This document shows positions 1 to 9,450 of a DNA stretch of 64,000 nucleotides, one piece after another. Origin of the DNA: a virus. Positions within the stretch are counted from its first letter, which is position 1. Every line of letters starts with the position of its first letter. A program made the translations under genes and the position numbers. The stretch is from positions 32,001 to 96,000 of the IMG/VR virus record IMGVR_UViG_3300032291_003679, one strand, 5' to 3'. The notes below the pieces were generated by a model. It saw only the letters and a list, made by a program, of their open reading frames with translations, did no database searches and was not told the DNA's origin.

Positions 1-38
1 CCCACCCGTGTCGCGCCCCCTTCTGGGGGTTTGGGGGT

Positions 39-77
39 GGGAGCCCCGAGGAAATCGGCGAAGTGCAACGGGGCTCC
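39..77. repeat. Box B inverted repeat GGGAGCCCC...GGGGCTCC
   Basis: Hairpin with loop containing AAATCGGCGA. A related element occurs inverted at 905-944. Confidence 0.75.
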
Positions 78-120
78 TCTTTCCAGCGCTGTCCCCACCC
101 TCGCATGGTCGGGGACTTAC

Positions 121-288
121 CTACACCTTCCTCTCTCGGAGTTCTCGGTATTGCTCTGCGAGGTCTTCCATAACAACTCGGGCACATGCGCCACAGAGTT
201 GCTGGGAGACGCCCTCACAGGTGCAGTCGGGGGGAATCGGGAACTCGCCCGAATCGTCAGGAATCGGGGTGTTGTGAATCGCTCGCAT
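121..288 (-). CDS. small Cys-rich hypothetical protein (55 aa, CxC..CxxC)
   Basis: ATG at 288 overlaps the upstream TAA (TAATG coupling). The TAG stop lies inside a Box A 13-mer. Confidence 0.6.
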   Translation of the reverse strand: MRAIHNTPIPDDSGEFPIPPDCTCEGVSQQLCGACARVVMEDLAEQYRELRERKV

Positions 289-788
289 TAGAACGCTCCT
301 TCCTTGTCGGCGAGGAACTCCTCGTAACGCTCTGCGTCTGTCTTGTGCTCCTCGGAGACCCACTCGTGACCGTTGGAGCAACGCCAACCAACATCAACGC
401 CGTTACGAAGAATGGGCTCAACTTCTCCGTGACAAGGAACAATGCTCCACAAGTCGGAAGGCTGGTCGGGCTCGGGATTGCCCGAAGGGACTTCCACTTG
501 CCAGTCGCACAGTGGAGTCCAACCAACTGAATCGCAACGGAATGTCGTTCCGTCTACTTCCACTTCATCACGAACCGAAAGCGCCGTGTGTGTTCGGTTG
601 TCCCACAGGAGAGGCTCAATGATGTCCCACAGCGAACCGTTGTATGTGTTCGTGTCGTGGAACACTCGCTCGCAAATGGCAAGCGCTGAATCTTCCGTGT
701 CTAGGTCAAACTCAACCGATGTGATGTATTCGTTATGAATCACTGATTCTCCGAATGCCTTCCATGTGACTTTGATGTGCTTCTTCAT
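288..788 (-). CDS. hypothetical early protein (166 aa)
   Basis: Start MKKHIKV at 788 follows an AAAGGGG RBS and conserved promoter P1. The longer track ORF runs through regulatory DNA. Confidence 0.7.
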   Translation of the reverse strand: MKKHIKVTWKAFGESVIHNEYITSVEFDLDTEDSALAICERVFHDTNTYNGSLWDIIEPLLWDNRTHTALSVRDEVEVDGTTFRCDSVGWTPLCDWQVEVPSGNPEPDQPSDLWSIVPCHGEVEPILRNGVDVGWRCSNGHEWVSEEHKTDAERYEEFLADKEGAF

Positions 789-830
789 TGGTGTGTCCCC
801 TTTGTTGTTGGTGGGCTGCTGCCCACAAGC

Positions 831-857
831 AATGTACCACGCACGGTTCAGACTTCC
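831..857 (-). promoter_or_regulatory. conserved phage promoter P1
   Basis: GGAAGTCTG-N9-TGGTACATT upstream of ORF 288-788. Confidence 0.8.
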
Positions 858-904
858 GAGGGTTACCTGCCGTTCTCCCCCGTTTCCGTGCCGTGTGCCG
901 AGCA

Positions 905-944
905 GGGGAGCCCCGTCGGTTGTCGCCGACTTTCGCGGGGCTCC
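905..944. repeat. Box B hairpin between divergent promoters P1 and P2
   Basis: GGGGAGCCCC...GGGGCTCC; the reverse complement resembles 33-78. Confidence 0.75.
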
Positions 945-992
945 TGCCCCCAGCGAGAACCTCTGGCACGGGTGGGTTCGGCAGGTAAGTGT

Positions 993-1019
993 GGAAGCCT
1001 GCCCCACGAGTGGTATCGT
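993..1019 (+). promoter_or_regulatory. conserved phage promoter P2
   Basis: GGAAGCCTG-N9-TGGTATCGT upstream of the ParA-like gene. Confidence 0.75.
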
Positions 1020-1059
1020 TTGGCAGGCCAACAAGGGCCGTACCTGAAAGGGGTATCCA

Positions 1060-1680
1060 ATGAAAGTAATAGAAGTAAGCGCACGAAAGGGTGGGGTCGG
1101 CACAAGCACTGTGGCCGTATCGCTCGCCGTTGCTCTCTCGCAGGCCAAGCCCAAGAGCGTTCTGTTGGTGGACACTTCACCAAACTCGGACACATGGGCT
1201 ATCGCAGGAGCCTCTACTCCTGTCGGCCCAAAGAAGTCCAGCACCACGCTCGGAGAGCATGAACTCTTGCTCATCAAGACAGGTGGCAACACTCTCGCCA
1301 CCTTGGAACACGATGACCTGTTCTCATTTGACTTCGTCGTTATTGACGCAGGCCTTTCACCAGCCTCTCACTACTTCGGCGAGACACCATTCCGTGTGTC
1401 CGTCGTGAACAACTCGTATCTCTCGCTTCGTGCGCAGGCGTTCACAGGTGGCCTCTACGCCGATGGGATTGTGTGCGTTCATAACGACGGCTTCGTTCTG
1501 AATGAGAAAGATGTCAAGAGTGTTCTCGGTGGTCGTTTCGTTCACTACTTCGGAGTGGACAACGCTGTTGCTCGTGCGATTGACGCAGGCCTCTACGCCA
1601 CATCACGCACCAACCTGTTCGCAGATTGGACAGGCTCGTTCATACAGTTTCACGAACTCGTAGAGCCTTCCAAAGTCTGA
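1060..1680 (+). CDS. ParA/MinD/CpaE-like P-loop ATPase (degenerate)
   Basis: Deviant Walker A RKGGVGTST, plus VLLVD and FVVIDAG motifs. Confidence 0.75.
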   Translation: MKVIEVSARKGGVGTSTVAVSLAVALSQAKPKSVLLVDTSPNSDTWAIAGASTPVGPKKSSTTLGEHELLLIKTGGNTLATLEHDDLFSFDFVVIDAGLSPASHYFGETPFRVSVVNNSYLSLRAQAFTGGLYADGIVCVHNDGFVLNEKDVKSVLGGRFVHYFGVDNAVARAIDAGLYATSRTNLFADWTGSFIQFHELVEPSKV

Positions 1681-1706
1681 CCAACTAGGTGTAGGTAAGT
1701 CTCACG

Positions 1707-1733
1707 GGAAGTCTGAACCGTTGGTGGTACATT
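1707..1733 (+). promoter_or_regulatory. conserved phage promoter P3
   Basis: GGAAGTCTG-N9-TGGTACATT, directly after Box A at 1688. Confidence 0.8.
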
Positions 1734-1777
1734 CCTTCTGTCGGCAGGACCGTCTTGCCGACAGAAAGGGGCCACCA

Positions 1778-1969
1778 GTGGCACAGTTCATAATCACCGA
1801 GTTTCCGAGAGGCTCACGCAAGGCAAACGCCCAGTGGGAGTTCGCAACTCGTGCCGAGGCCGAGGCCTTCCGAGACGCAAAGGTAGCCGAGGGCAACGAG
1901 AGCGTGTCCTACCAACTCGCTCACCGTGACCGACCAGCAGGCCTAGCAAACCTGCTTCGCCGTCAATAG
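1778..1969 (+). CDS. hypothetical protein (63 aa)
   Basis: GTG start after AAAGGGG RBS, downstream of P3. Confidence 0.6.
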   Translation: MAQFIITEFPRGSRKANAQWEFATRAEAEAFRDAKVAEGNESVSYQLAHRDRPAGLANLLRRQ

Positions 1970-1984
1970 CCGACAGGCCGACAG

Positions 1985-2022
1985 ACTTACCTACACCCTC
2001 ACGGCAATGGGTGTAGGTAAGT
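1985..2022. repeat. Box A palindrome: 14-bp arms with 10-bp spacer TCACGGCAAT (copy 1)
   Basis: ACTTACCTACACCC-TCACGGCAAT-GGGTGTAGGTAAGT. Confidence 0.9.
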
Positions 2023-2132
2023 GGCTGACGGGGCACGGCTTGGGGGTGGGAGCCCCGGTGGGGGCGCTGGGCGTAGCGGGGCTTCTCCCCTCAAAAGCGT
2101 TCGTGAACACGGGTGGCACGGCAGGTGAGTCG

Positions 2133-2159
2133 GGAAGTCTGACCCATGGGTGGTACATT
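2133..2159 (+). promoter_or_regulatory. conserved phage promoter P4
   Basis: GGAAGTCTG-N9-TGGTACATT. Confidence 0.8.
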
Positions 2160-2189
2160 GTGTGTATCACCAACAAGAAAGGGATACCG

Positions 2190-2375
2190 ATGAACGAGCC
2201 AATCAATCACACAGAAACAGACTGGGACGCCATTCTCGCAGAAGAGGCTCTCGCCGAACAGGCGTTTGAGGAACTTGCTGCTTTCGGAGAAGGCGCGACA
2301 ATCGTGAATGTTCTGACTGGCGAGCGCTGGACAGCAGGGAAGCGTCAGCGTCCAACAACAAGAAAGAAGGCATGA
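2190..2375 (+). CDS. hypothetical protein (61 aa)
   Basis: ATG after AAAGGGA RBS, downstream of P4. Confidence 0.65.
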   Translation: MNEPINHTETDWDAILAEEALAEQAFEELAAFGEGATIVNVLTGERWTAGKRQRPTTRKKA

Positions 2376-2728
2376 GAGAAATGAGCGAAGCACTCACTAA
2401 CTACTGGAACGACGTAGAGGAGGCAGTCAAGGGCTCACGCCTCATCGCGTGGGACACCTGCCACAAAATCTACATCGCGATGGACGAAGAGCAGGTTGAC
2501 TGGTTCAGCGAACACTACGCCCCCAACACGTTCACGGGGACAGCGAACGAAATGCTCGCAACGCTTCGTCAGTGGTACAGCGACTCGTGCCCACTGAAGT
2601 TCATCTCAGCCGTGACCACGAACCACGAAGACCCGAACGCAGGATTTGAGAGCCTCATTCCTCAGGGTGCTGAATGGGAAGATGAAGAAGACGAAGACGA
2701 AGACGACTACGAAGACGAAGAGGTGTAG
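2372..2728 (+). CDS. hypothetical protein with acidic C-terminal tail
   Basis: ATGA overlap with the previous gene; stop lies inside Box A. Confidence 0.75.
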   Translation: MREMSEALTNYWNDVEEAVKGSRLIAWDTCHKIYIAMDEEQVDWFSEHYAPNTFTGTANEMLATLRQWYSDSCPLKFISAVTTNHEDPNAGFESLIPQGAEWEDEEDEDEDDYEDEEV

Positions 2729-2735
2729 GTAACTC

Positions 2736-3074
2736 ATGGCGACCGAAACAACACCCGATGAGTTCGCCCTCATGGACTCACGCAATGCGTTCGCGTGGAA
2801 CCTGCTGACCGAACTGCGCGAGCGTTCCACGAACCCCGAGGTCGTGGAGGCTTCCGAGATTCTGCTCGCGAACATCACCGACCCGACCGACTACGCCGTC
2901 ATCGTGTGGGCGAATGAGGACGACCTCTGTTCGTTTGACGAGACCGAGTGGGGAACGGACGAGAACGGTTATTGGAGCGACTGCTACGAGACCCCTCTCG
3001 TGTGGTGCGACCGACAGGACGAGCACTCGCTCATCGTCTGGTACTCAGCGAAGTACGGAGAGACAGAGGTGTAG
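2736..3074 (+). CDS. acidic hypothetical protein
   Basis: Start immediately follows Box A; stop lies inside the next Box A. Confidence 0.7.
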   Translation: MATETTPDEFALMDSRNAFAWNLLTELRERSTNPEVVEASEILLANITDPTDYAVIVWANEDDLCSFDETEWGTDENGYWSDCYETPLVWCDRQDEHSLIVWYSAKYGETEV

Positions 3075-3085
3075 GTAAGTCCCCC

Positions 3086-3123
3086 ACTTACCTACGCCCT
3101 CACGGCAATAGGTGTAGGTAAGT
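3086..3123. repeat. Box A palindrome with the same TCACGGCAAT spacer (copy 2)
   Basis: ACTTACCTACGCCC-TCACGGCAAT-AGGTGTAGGTAAGT, a direct repeat of 1985-2022. Confidence 0.9.
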
Positions 3124-3270
3124 CGGCTGACGGGGTGGGAGCCCCGGCTGACGCCCTCACTTTGTTCGGTTGTCCTCGGCAGCAATGAAGGGAAGCAGGC
3201 GGGGCTCTTTGATGAAGTAAACCCCCTGACCTCTTTCGAGGGGGGGGTTACCTACACCTATCGGACTTAT

Positions 3271-3555
3271 CTACTTTCTTTCTAGTTCTCGCTCGGCCTC
3301 TTCGAGGTTGTCTGCGTGGAAGATGTCAGAGCATCCGTCTGGCAGCGTTGTGACAACGATGTACTCGGTGATGTTGAGAAGTTCTGTCCGATGCTCTCCG
3401 ACGGCCTCAACCTCGGCAACTCGCTTCCACAATGCCTTGCTGCCGTTCGTTATCAGGATGCTCTCATCACCCGTGTAAGTCCCAATGAACTCTAAGGATA
3501 CATCGGCTGCCTTAGCCCATTCCTCTGCCTCGAACCATTCGCTGAACTGTTTCAT
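3271..3555 (-). CDS. hypothetical protein
   Basis: AAAGGGG RBS, downstream of P5. Confidence 0.7.
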   Translation of the reverse strand: MKQFSEWFEAEEWAKAADVSLEFIGTYTGDESILITNGSKALWKRVAEVEAVGEHRTELLNITEYIVVTTLPDGCSDIFHADNLEEAERELERK

Positions 3556-3583
3556 TTGCTGCCCCTTTCACTTGGCTGCCATA

Positions 3584-3610
3584 ACAGTACCACAGCAGGT
3601 ACAGACTTCC
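3584..3610 (-). promoter_or_regulatory. conserved phage promoter P5
   Basis: GGAAGTCTG-N9-TGGTACTGT, preceded by Box A at 3615. Confidence 0.8.
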
Positions 3611-3802
3611 CAAGACTTACCTACACCTACTAGCAGGCGTGACCTGCACGGCTTTGACTTACCTGCTGCCCTTCCCGTGTTGTTCTCTGCGACCTCGCTC
3701 TTCTCCCCTTCGGGGAGCCCCGTTTATTTTGGTTGCTTGCAAACGGGTCAGTACGGCAGGTAGCATTTCGTCATCAAGCCACATCACCTCAAGGAGAGAA
3801 CA

Positions 3803-4126
3803 ATGGCAACACCAAAGAAGAAACCAGTCGTAAAGAAAGCTCCGGCCAAGAAAAAGCCTGCAGCCAAGAAAGCCGTAGCGAAGAAGACCCCAGCGAAGAA
3901 GACCCCAGCAAAGAAAGCTCCTGCCAAGAAGACTGCAGCCAAGAAGGCATCGCCGGCAAAGAAGGGCACGCTCCCTCGTAAGAGCGCAAAGACAACCACA
4001 AGTGCTGCAACTGCTACTTCCACGACTTCTGTCACTTCACGTGTGAAGATTATCCCCATCACCAAGACCAGCGTTACCTCCACTGTTTCGGGTGCGAAGG
4101 TTACCTACAAGGTTAAGAAAAAGTGA
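3803..4126 (+). CDS. histone H1-like Lys/Ala/Pro-rich DNA-binding protein
   Basis: Tandem PAKK/AAKK repeats; AAGGAG RBS. Confidence 0.8.
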   Translation: MATPKKKPVVKKAPAKKKPAAKKAVAKKTPAKKTPAKKAPAKKTAAKKASPAKKGTLPRKSAKTTTSAATATSTTSVTSRVKIIPITKTSVTSTVSGAKVTYKVKKK

Positions 4127-4398
4127 AAGAAATAACTCGGCAAGAAATCTCCGACATGTTTGAGGACATGGGGGAATCTGCGCTATTGATGGATGGATTC
4201 GAAAGTGCGTTCATCGGGCACAGCCAAAGAATCAACGAGCCGGTTCTCGCCGTCTACTCGAGGGCCAAGATGGTGGAAGTCCTTATGTCCCGTGACGGGA
4301 TGACAGACGACGAAGCAGAAGAGTTTATCGAATACAACTGCGTTGGTGCGTGGGTAGGGGAACAGACGCCAATCATTGTCAACGACTTCTTGGTTTAG
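4123..4398 (+). CDS. conserved phage hypothetical protein
   Basis: DGFESAFIG...AVYS...GAWVGEQTP pattern typical of a widespread small phage family. Confidence 0.7.
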   Translation: MKEITRQEISDMFEDMGESALLMDGFESAFIGHSQRINEPVLAVYSRAKMVEVLMSRDGMTDDEAEEFIEYNCVGAWVGEQTPIIVNDFLV

Positions 4399-4602
4399 TC
4401 GACTTTTCGACTAAGGGCAACAAGACCGGCGAGGGCCCTTGCGCAAACGCCGTGAGCTCGCTGCTTCAGAAACAGGGACAGCACGCGTCCGAAAAGATTT
4501 CTTCTCTTTGCCTTGTTCTTCTGGCTTCTTCTTTTCGTCCATAGACCCATTTTCCCACATTTTGCCAAACTAGACGGGGAGGTGTAGGTAAGTCGAAAGG
4601 TG

Positions 4603-4803
4603 CTAAAAAAGTGGAATGTCTGCGCTTGGAGCCTTAGAGGCGCAGAACTCATGCTTGTATTCATGAAGCTCCTCAACAACACGATTGACTGTCTTGCCGT
4701 TCGACTTCAGCCATACGATGGTTTTACGTTCTACCGTATTGTCTCCAGGGCGAAGCGAAAGTCCACAGATAGAGCAGGTGAATAGTGGTGGCAATCCAGC
4801 CAT
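4603..4803 (-). CDS. small Zn-finger-like protein (CxxC...HxxC)
   Basis: GGAGGG RBS; CSICG...HEFC. Confidence 0.5.
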   Translation of the reverse strand: MAGLPPLFTCSICGLSLRPGDNTVERKTIVWLKSNGKTVNRVVEELHEYKHEFCASKAPSADIPLF

Positions 4804-4884
4804 GTCAGTCCCTCCCTCGTGGGGATTTCTTTAGAAGTAGATAAGTAAGCAAGAGCACTGCCAGTCCAAGGAAAGCGCTGCAAC

Positions 4885-5070
4885 TCACTTTCGCCAGTCC
4901 CTTACGAAACCGTCCATGTAGTTCTCCATGGCTTCGTCTGTGCCACACTCAGAGCAGATTTCCGTCTTGTTATCAAGGCGCGAAATAGCCCCCGGGTATG
5001 CCCCCGGCATTTCGTTGTTGGGAATAAATCCCTCACAACGGGGACAAATGTGCTTTGTCGCTGTGTGCAT
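4885..5070 (-). CDS. small Zn-ribbon protein
   Basis: CPRC...SRLDNKTEICSECG; AGGAG RBS. Confidence 0.65.
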   Translation of the reverse strand: MHTATKHICPRCEGFIPNNEMPGAYPGAISRLDNKTEICSECGTDEAMENYMDGFVRDWRK

Positions 5071-5254
5071 TGTTTCTCTCCTGTGTCTAGGTACATGAGG
5101 AATAATAGCCCCACTTATGGAATCTTGCAACAGTTTGCTGCAGCAGGTCATTATGTGACTAGTATGTGCCTAGGACCGGTGGGGCTCGCGCAACCTCTCT
5201 CCTTTCGGTACATCCCCAGTGCGAGCCTCGCCGGTTTCTACTATTCTAGAAACA

Positions 5255-7171
5255 ATGAGGTTGTACCTAGATAAGAATGAGATAGTGCTGGACTTTCCCT
5301 ACGACCAGCATCAGGTTTCCGAACTGAAGCAGATTCGTGGAGCACGGTGGGATAAGCAGACGAAGTTGTGGCGTGTACCTATTACGTCTCTTGCAGAGGC
5401 ACGTGAGTTTGCTATCAAACATGAGTTCGACGTAACAATCGACGTACTTACATTCAGTGCCCCCAAGCCACGCACCGGCACAGCGAAGGTGTACCTCGAT
5501 GAAGACATGATTGCTGTTCGTGTTCCGTACGAACGCGTCATAGTAAAAGCAGTGAAACAGATTCCGGCAGTGTCGTGGAATGCGAAGAAACATTATTGGC
5601 AGGCACCAGCGTCATCTGTTCTCAATGTAATGGAGTGGGCAGAGAAGTTCGAAGTACCCGTAGAGCCCGAAGTATCTGCGATGTCGAGCGAAGTTACTGC
5701 ACGCATGAATCAGTTCATTGAGGCATCACGCTCAACAGAGGCAGAGATAGAGATACCTACACTCCAAGGAGAACTGCTGCCATACCAGCGCGCAGGTGTT
5801 GCCTACGCATCGAGTGCCAAGCGCACATTCATTGCTGACGACATGGGATTAGGCAAGACGCTGCAATCAATAGCAACGCTCGAATACGTGTGGGATTCGT
5901 ATCCTGCTGTTGTCGTGTGTCCTCCAAGTCTTGTACTCAACTGGGTAGCAGAATGGAATCGATGGCTTCCGAACAGAAGAATCGCTCACGTGACGAACCG
6001 AAAGGATTTCCCTGAACGTGGTTCGTATGACGTCGTCATTGTTGGATACAGCAACATTGCTCATTGGGAGAAGAGACTCGCCGGCCATCGTGCTTACATC
6101 TTCGACGAGAGCCACTATGCGAAGACTCCAACTGCACAGCGCACAAAGGCAGCAGTGAAGATGGCAAAGTCTGCGCACAAAGATGGAATAGTTTTGTGCC
6201 TCACTGGAACACCCGTGACTAACCGACCAAACGAATACGCATCACAGTTAGAGATTCTCGGTCGTCTCAAAGACTTCGGAGGACTATGGGGTTTTTATCG
6301 TCGTTATTGTGCTGCGTATCAAGACAACTTTGGACAATGGAACATCAGTGGCAACTCACATCTCGATGAACTAAACGAAAGACTGCGTGGCACGTGTTAC
6401 ATACGTCGAACAAAAGACCAAGTTCTATCAGAGTTGCCACCCGTAATACATAGTCGTGTTCTTGTCGAAGGAAGCTCGACAACGATGAAAGAATACGTCA
6501 AAGCAGAGAAGGACATTCTTCTTTACATCGCAGAGAGAGCACGTCAACTCGCTCTCGAACAAGGAAAGCCATCGTATGGAGCAGCGATTGCAGCGATGAT
6601 TCGTGCAGAAGCAAATGAGCATCTTGTACGACTATCAGTACTGCGCAAAATTGCAGCAAAAGCAAAAATGGAAGTAGCAGAGGAATGGATAAATGCGCGT
6701 ATCGAGAATGGTAAGAAAGTCGTTGTCGCTGCTCACCACCGTGACATCGTTGATGAACTCGCTCGTAAATACGGCAATCTTCGAATTCAGGGTGGCATGT
6801 CGGTCGAAGAGGTGGAAGAGAATAAGCGTCGCTTTCAGACCGAGAGCGTGGAAAGCGCACCTGTCATTGTTCTTTCGATTCAGGCTGCAAAAACGGGACA
6901 CACACTAACAGCAGCAGAGGAATGTCTATTCTTGGAACTTCCGTGGACGCCTGCTGATGTTGACCAAACTTATAGTCGGCTCCATCGTCTTGGACAAAAA
7001 GGCAGCGTAACGGCGACTTACATGTTGACGTCAGGAACGATTGATGAGGAAATCTATGAAATCATCGAAGCAAAGCGTTCTGTTGTAGACGCAGCAGTCG
7101 AAGGTGGAAGTGTAGGTAACTCTGACTTGTCTACAAAGATGATTATGAGTCTGCTCGACAAACTTGCTTAG
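5255..7171 (+). CDS. SNF2-family (SMARCAL1/HARP-like) helicase/annealing ATPase
   Basis: ADDMGLGKT, DESH, LTGTP and SRLHRLGQ motifs. Two N-terminal HARP-like repeats (GARWDKQTKLWRVP, AVSWNAKKHYWQAP). Confidence 0.9.
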   Translation: MRLYLDKNEIVLDFPYDQHQVSELKQIRGARWDKQTKLWRVPITSLAEAREFAIKHEFDVTIDVLTFSAPKPRTGTAKVYLDEDMIAVRVPYERVIVKAVKQIPAVSWNAKKHYWQAPASSVLNVMEWAEKFEVPVEPEVSAMSSEVTARMNQFIEASRSTEAEIEIPTLQGELLPYQRAGVAYASSAKRTFIADDMGLGKTLQSIATLEYVWDSYPAVVVCPPSLVLNWVAEWNRWLPNRRIAHVTNRKDFPERGSYDVVIVGYSNIAHWEKRLAGHRAYIFDESHYAKTPTAQRTKAAVKMAKSAHKDGIVLCLTGTPVTNRPNEYASQLEILGRLKDFGGLWGFYRRYCAAYQDNFGQWNISGNSHLDELNERLRGTCYIRRTKDQVLSELPPVIHSRVLVEGSSTTMKEYVKAEKDILLYIAERARQLALEQGKPSYGAAIAAMIRAEANEHLVRLSVLRKIAAKAKMEVAEEWINARIENGKKVVVAAHHRDIVDELARKYGNLRIQGGMSVEEVEENKRRFQTESVESAPVIVLSIQAAKTGHTLTAAEECLFLELPWTPADVDQTYSRLHRLGQKGSVTATYMLTSGTIDEEIYEIIEAKRSVVDAAVEGGSVGNSDLSTKMIMSLLDKLA

Positions 7172-7620
7172 TCGTTGTTCGGCTTTGACTCAGTCGTGTC
7201 GACACCCGAGATTATTTCCTGAGCAATCAACTTCGCATACTTTCTGCGAAGACGCCAAATCTTTCGATTCATCTCAATCAGTTCTTTGCTCATGCGAGCC
7301 TTGATGATTGCGTCGTCATCGAATACGCCATGAATAGTAAACAGCGCATCGTGCAGTTCTGTGTCTTCGATGAGAATGTCTGAAATCCACCCAGCACGAT
7401 TGTCGATTGCCATCATCAATTCACACATTCCCTCGACACCAAACTCGTCGAAAAGTCTGTTTACGACAATGTTGCAGAAGTGTCTTCTGTACAACCTTTG
7501 GGCCTTCTGTGATTGAGACATGAACTCTGACAGCCATACTGCAAGTTCTGCGCTCGAACGTTCATCTCCACTTTCATAGGCAGAGTCGATGAAGTCGTCA
7601 TCATCTTCGTCATCATGCAT
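7168..7620 (-). CDS. hypothetical protein
   Basis: 150-aa ORF with GAGAGG RBS. Confidence 0.65.
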   Translation of the reverse strand: MHDDEDDDDFIDSAYESGDERSSAELAVWLSEFMSQSQKAQRLYRRHFCNIVVNRLFDEFGVEGMCELMMAIDNRAGWISDILIEDTELHDALFTIHGVFDDDAIIKARMSKELIEMNRKIWRLRRKYAKLIAQEIISGVDTTESKPNND

Positions 7621-7673
7621 GACGCCTCTCCCTTATGTCCGGAACTCTACCCAAATGATAACAGCAGTAGACA

Positions 7674-8699
7674 TTACACTGCTGACAAGAGATGGTCTTG
7701 CGCTTTTACCTTTGCTCGTGACACCCATGAATTCGCACTCATCGAAGCAAGCGCACGTTCTGTCAATGTTGCGTCACGATAGTGGTCAAGGTATTCACCA
7801 ATCGCATTGACAAGCGACCAGCCGTTATACCCATAGTTCTTTGCGTTGTTGTCATTCGCATACACGGCACGAACTAGCGCAACTACCTCTTCACGGTTCT
7901 TTTGCTGACGTTCGGTTGCATCTTTTGCTAATGGAAACACGGCGTCAAGAGTCTTGTCGAGAATAGGTGACGATGCAGGGACATTGATTGATAACAGTTG
8001 TTCTGCTGTGCGAGAGAACTCACGAGCCCATGCGCTAGAAATGTTGAGAACTTCGTTTGCCTGTTCCATTGCTCTATCTGCATTGCGTGTATGTCTTGCA
8101 GTGAATACTCGCTTCGCTGACGAAACGCCAGCAATCACTGTGTTTTTACACACGGCACGAATGCTTGTGTTTGCGAACGTGATTGCCGTCTTGCCGTCGT
8201 GACCGTTATGCACTAGCAGGTAACGCTCGATTGAGTCGTTGATACCCATGGGGTCGATGATGAGGGAACCCATGTCAATAGATGCAAAGAACTCTCGACC
8301 ATCATGCAGGACTCCACACGTATCTACAACGGCGTCTCCCCCCGATGCGCCAACGATGTCGAGCGCATAGTCAAGACATTCACGATTTTGCTGAACGACA
8401 TAGCGTGTACCAACGGTGGCGAGACCGTCGAACGAACCGTCTGCGTTCACCCGTACGGTTGCACGGGAATCGGGAACAAGAATCGTAGTGCCATCAGGCT
8501 GACGAATCGGCTCACCGGTATCGTCACATACGGCAACCCGTGTTGTCACTACGTCGAAATCTGCCTGCGCTGCTTGGAGCATTGCCTCTGCTGTTTGCAG
8601 ACCTTTCATGGCTGTACCCATTCGGTGCCACGGGATTTCTCGGTCTACATACGCCATGCGTACTGTGCCGTCTTCGTTGATTTCTAACTGATGAGCCAT
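7674..8699 (-). CDS. DUF932 / phage-plasmid TIGR03299-like protein
   Basis: MAHQLE...PWHRMG, YVVQQN, YLLVHNGHDG, IRAVCKNT and HTRN motifs. Confidence 0.85.
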   Translation of the reverse strand: MAHQLEINEDGTVRMAYVDREIPWHRMGTAMKGLQTAEAMLQAAQADFDVVTTRVAVCDDTGEPIRQPDGTTILVPDSRATVRVNADGSFDGLATVGTRYVVQQNRECLDYALDIVGASGGDAVVDTCGVLHDGREFFASIDMGSLIIDPMGINDSIERYLLVHNGHDGKTAITFANTSIRAVCKNTVIAGVSSAKRVFTARHTRNADRAMEQANEVLNISSAWAREFSRTAEQLLSINVPASSPILDKTLDAVFPLAKDATERQQKNREEVVALVRAVYANDNNAKNYGYNGWSLVNAIGEYLDHYRDATLTERALASMSANSWVSRAKVKAQDHLLSAV

Positions 8700-8842
8700 A
8701 GTGTCTCCGTCTCTCTATCGTGTAGATAAATCTATCTGAAAGATGTGTCGTGTAGGGGAAGTGTAGGTAAGTAGTGCGGGGCTCCCGAAGGGAGGAGGCT
8801 CACCTGTGCGCTGTGAGACGGGTGAGCACGGCAGGTGACTCG

Positions 8843-8869
8843 GGAAGCCTGACCCACCCGTGGTACTCT
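8843..8869 (+). promoter_or_regulatory. conserved phage promoter P6
   Basis: GGAAGCCTG-N9-TGGTACTCT. Confidence 0.8.
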
Positions 8870-8911
8870 GTGGGTGTCGGGGGGAAAGTCTCCCCGACAA
8901 AGGAGTTCATC

Positions 8912-9418
8912 ATGTTCCCAGCATCTATCCACCAAGCACTCACAGGCGAGGCGACCACCGACCTCGGTAACGGGGCATACTCTGTGGGGCAGGTTCCCAC
9001 AGAGGCAGAGGCGTTCGTCAAGTCGTACGAGCCATGCGAAAACTCACCCGTCCATACCGTCCCCACCGACCCAACTGTCGTCACGCTCGCCGAGGTGACC
9101 ACCTACCTGCGCCTCGTTGCCGAAGGTACAAGCAAGGACGCAGGATTTGCAGGGAGCCTCGTGGCATACGCCGAGCGCACGGGAACGCTCACCGAGAAGC
9201 AGGCGAAACACGCTCGCCGACTCTACGCTAAATGGCACCGTGCCTGCGAGTGGCTCGCTCGCCACAAGAACGGACAGCACGCGTGGAAGTACGCAGGGAC
9301 AAAGTGTCACAACAGCAACTACGACCTCGGCACCTACGCCGAAACCTCGTACTACCAGTGCGAGCAGTGTGGGAAGTGGAAGTCGCAGTACACGAACAAG
9401 AACTACTCGGGGGACTGA
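8912..9418 (+). CDS. hypothetical protein with C-terminal H..CxxC motif
   Basis: AAGGAG RBS, follows P6, and is followed by Box A at 9427. Confidence 0.7.
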   Translation: MFPASIHQALTGEATTDLGNGAYSVGQVPTEAEAFVKSYEPCENSPVHTVPTDPTVVTLAEVTTYLRLVAEGTSKDAGFAGSLVAYAERTGTLTEKQAKHARRLYAKWHRACEWLARHKNGQHAWKYAGTKCHNSNYDLGTYAETSYYQCEQCGKWKSQYTNKNYSGD

Positions 9419-9450
9419 CCCGAAGAGGTGTAGGTAACCCAAGACGGACA

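Noticed and set aside
789-1301. N-terminal extension of the 337-aa track ORF (288..1301)
   Set aside because: It runs through two promoters, a Box B hairpin and antisense to the ParA-like gene. The real start is most likely ATG 788.
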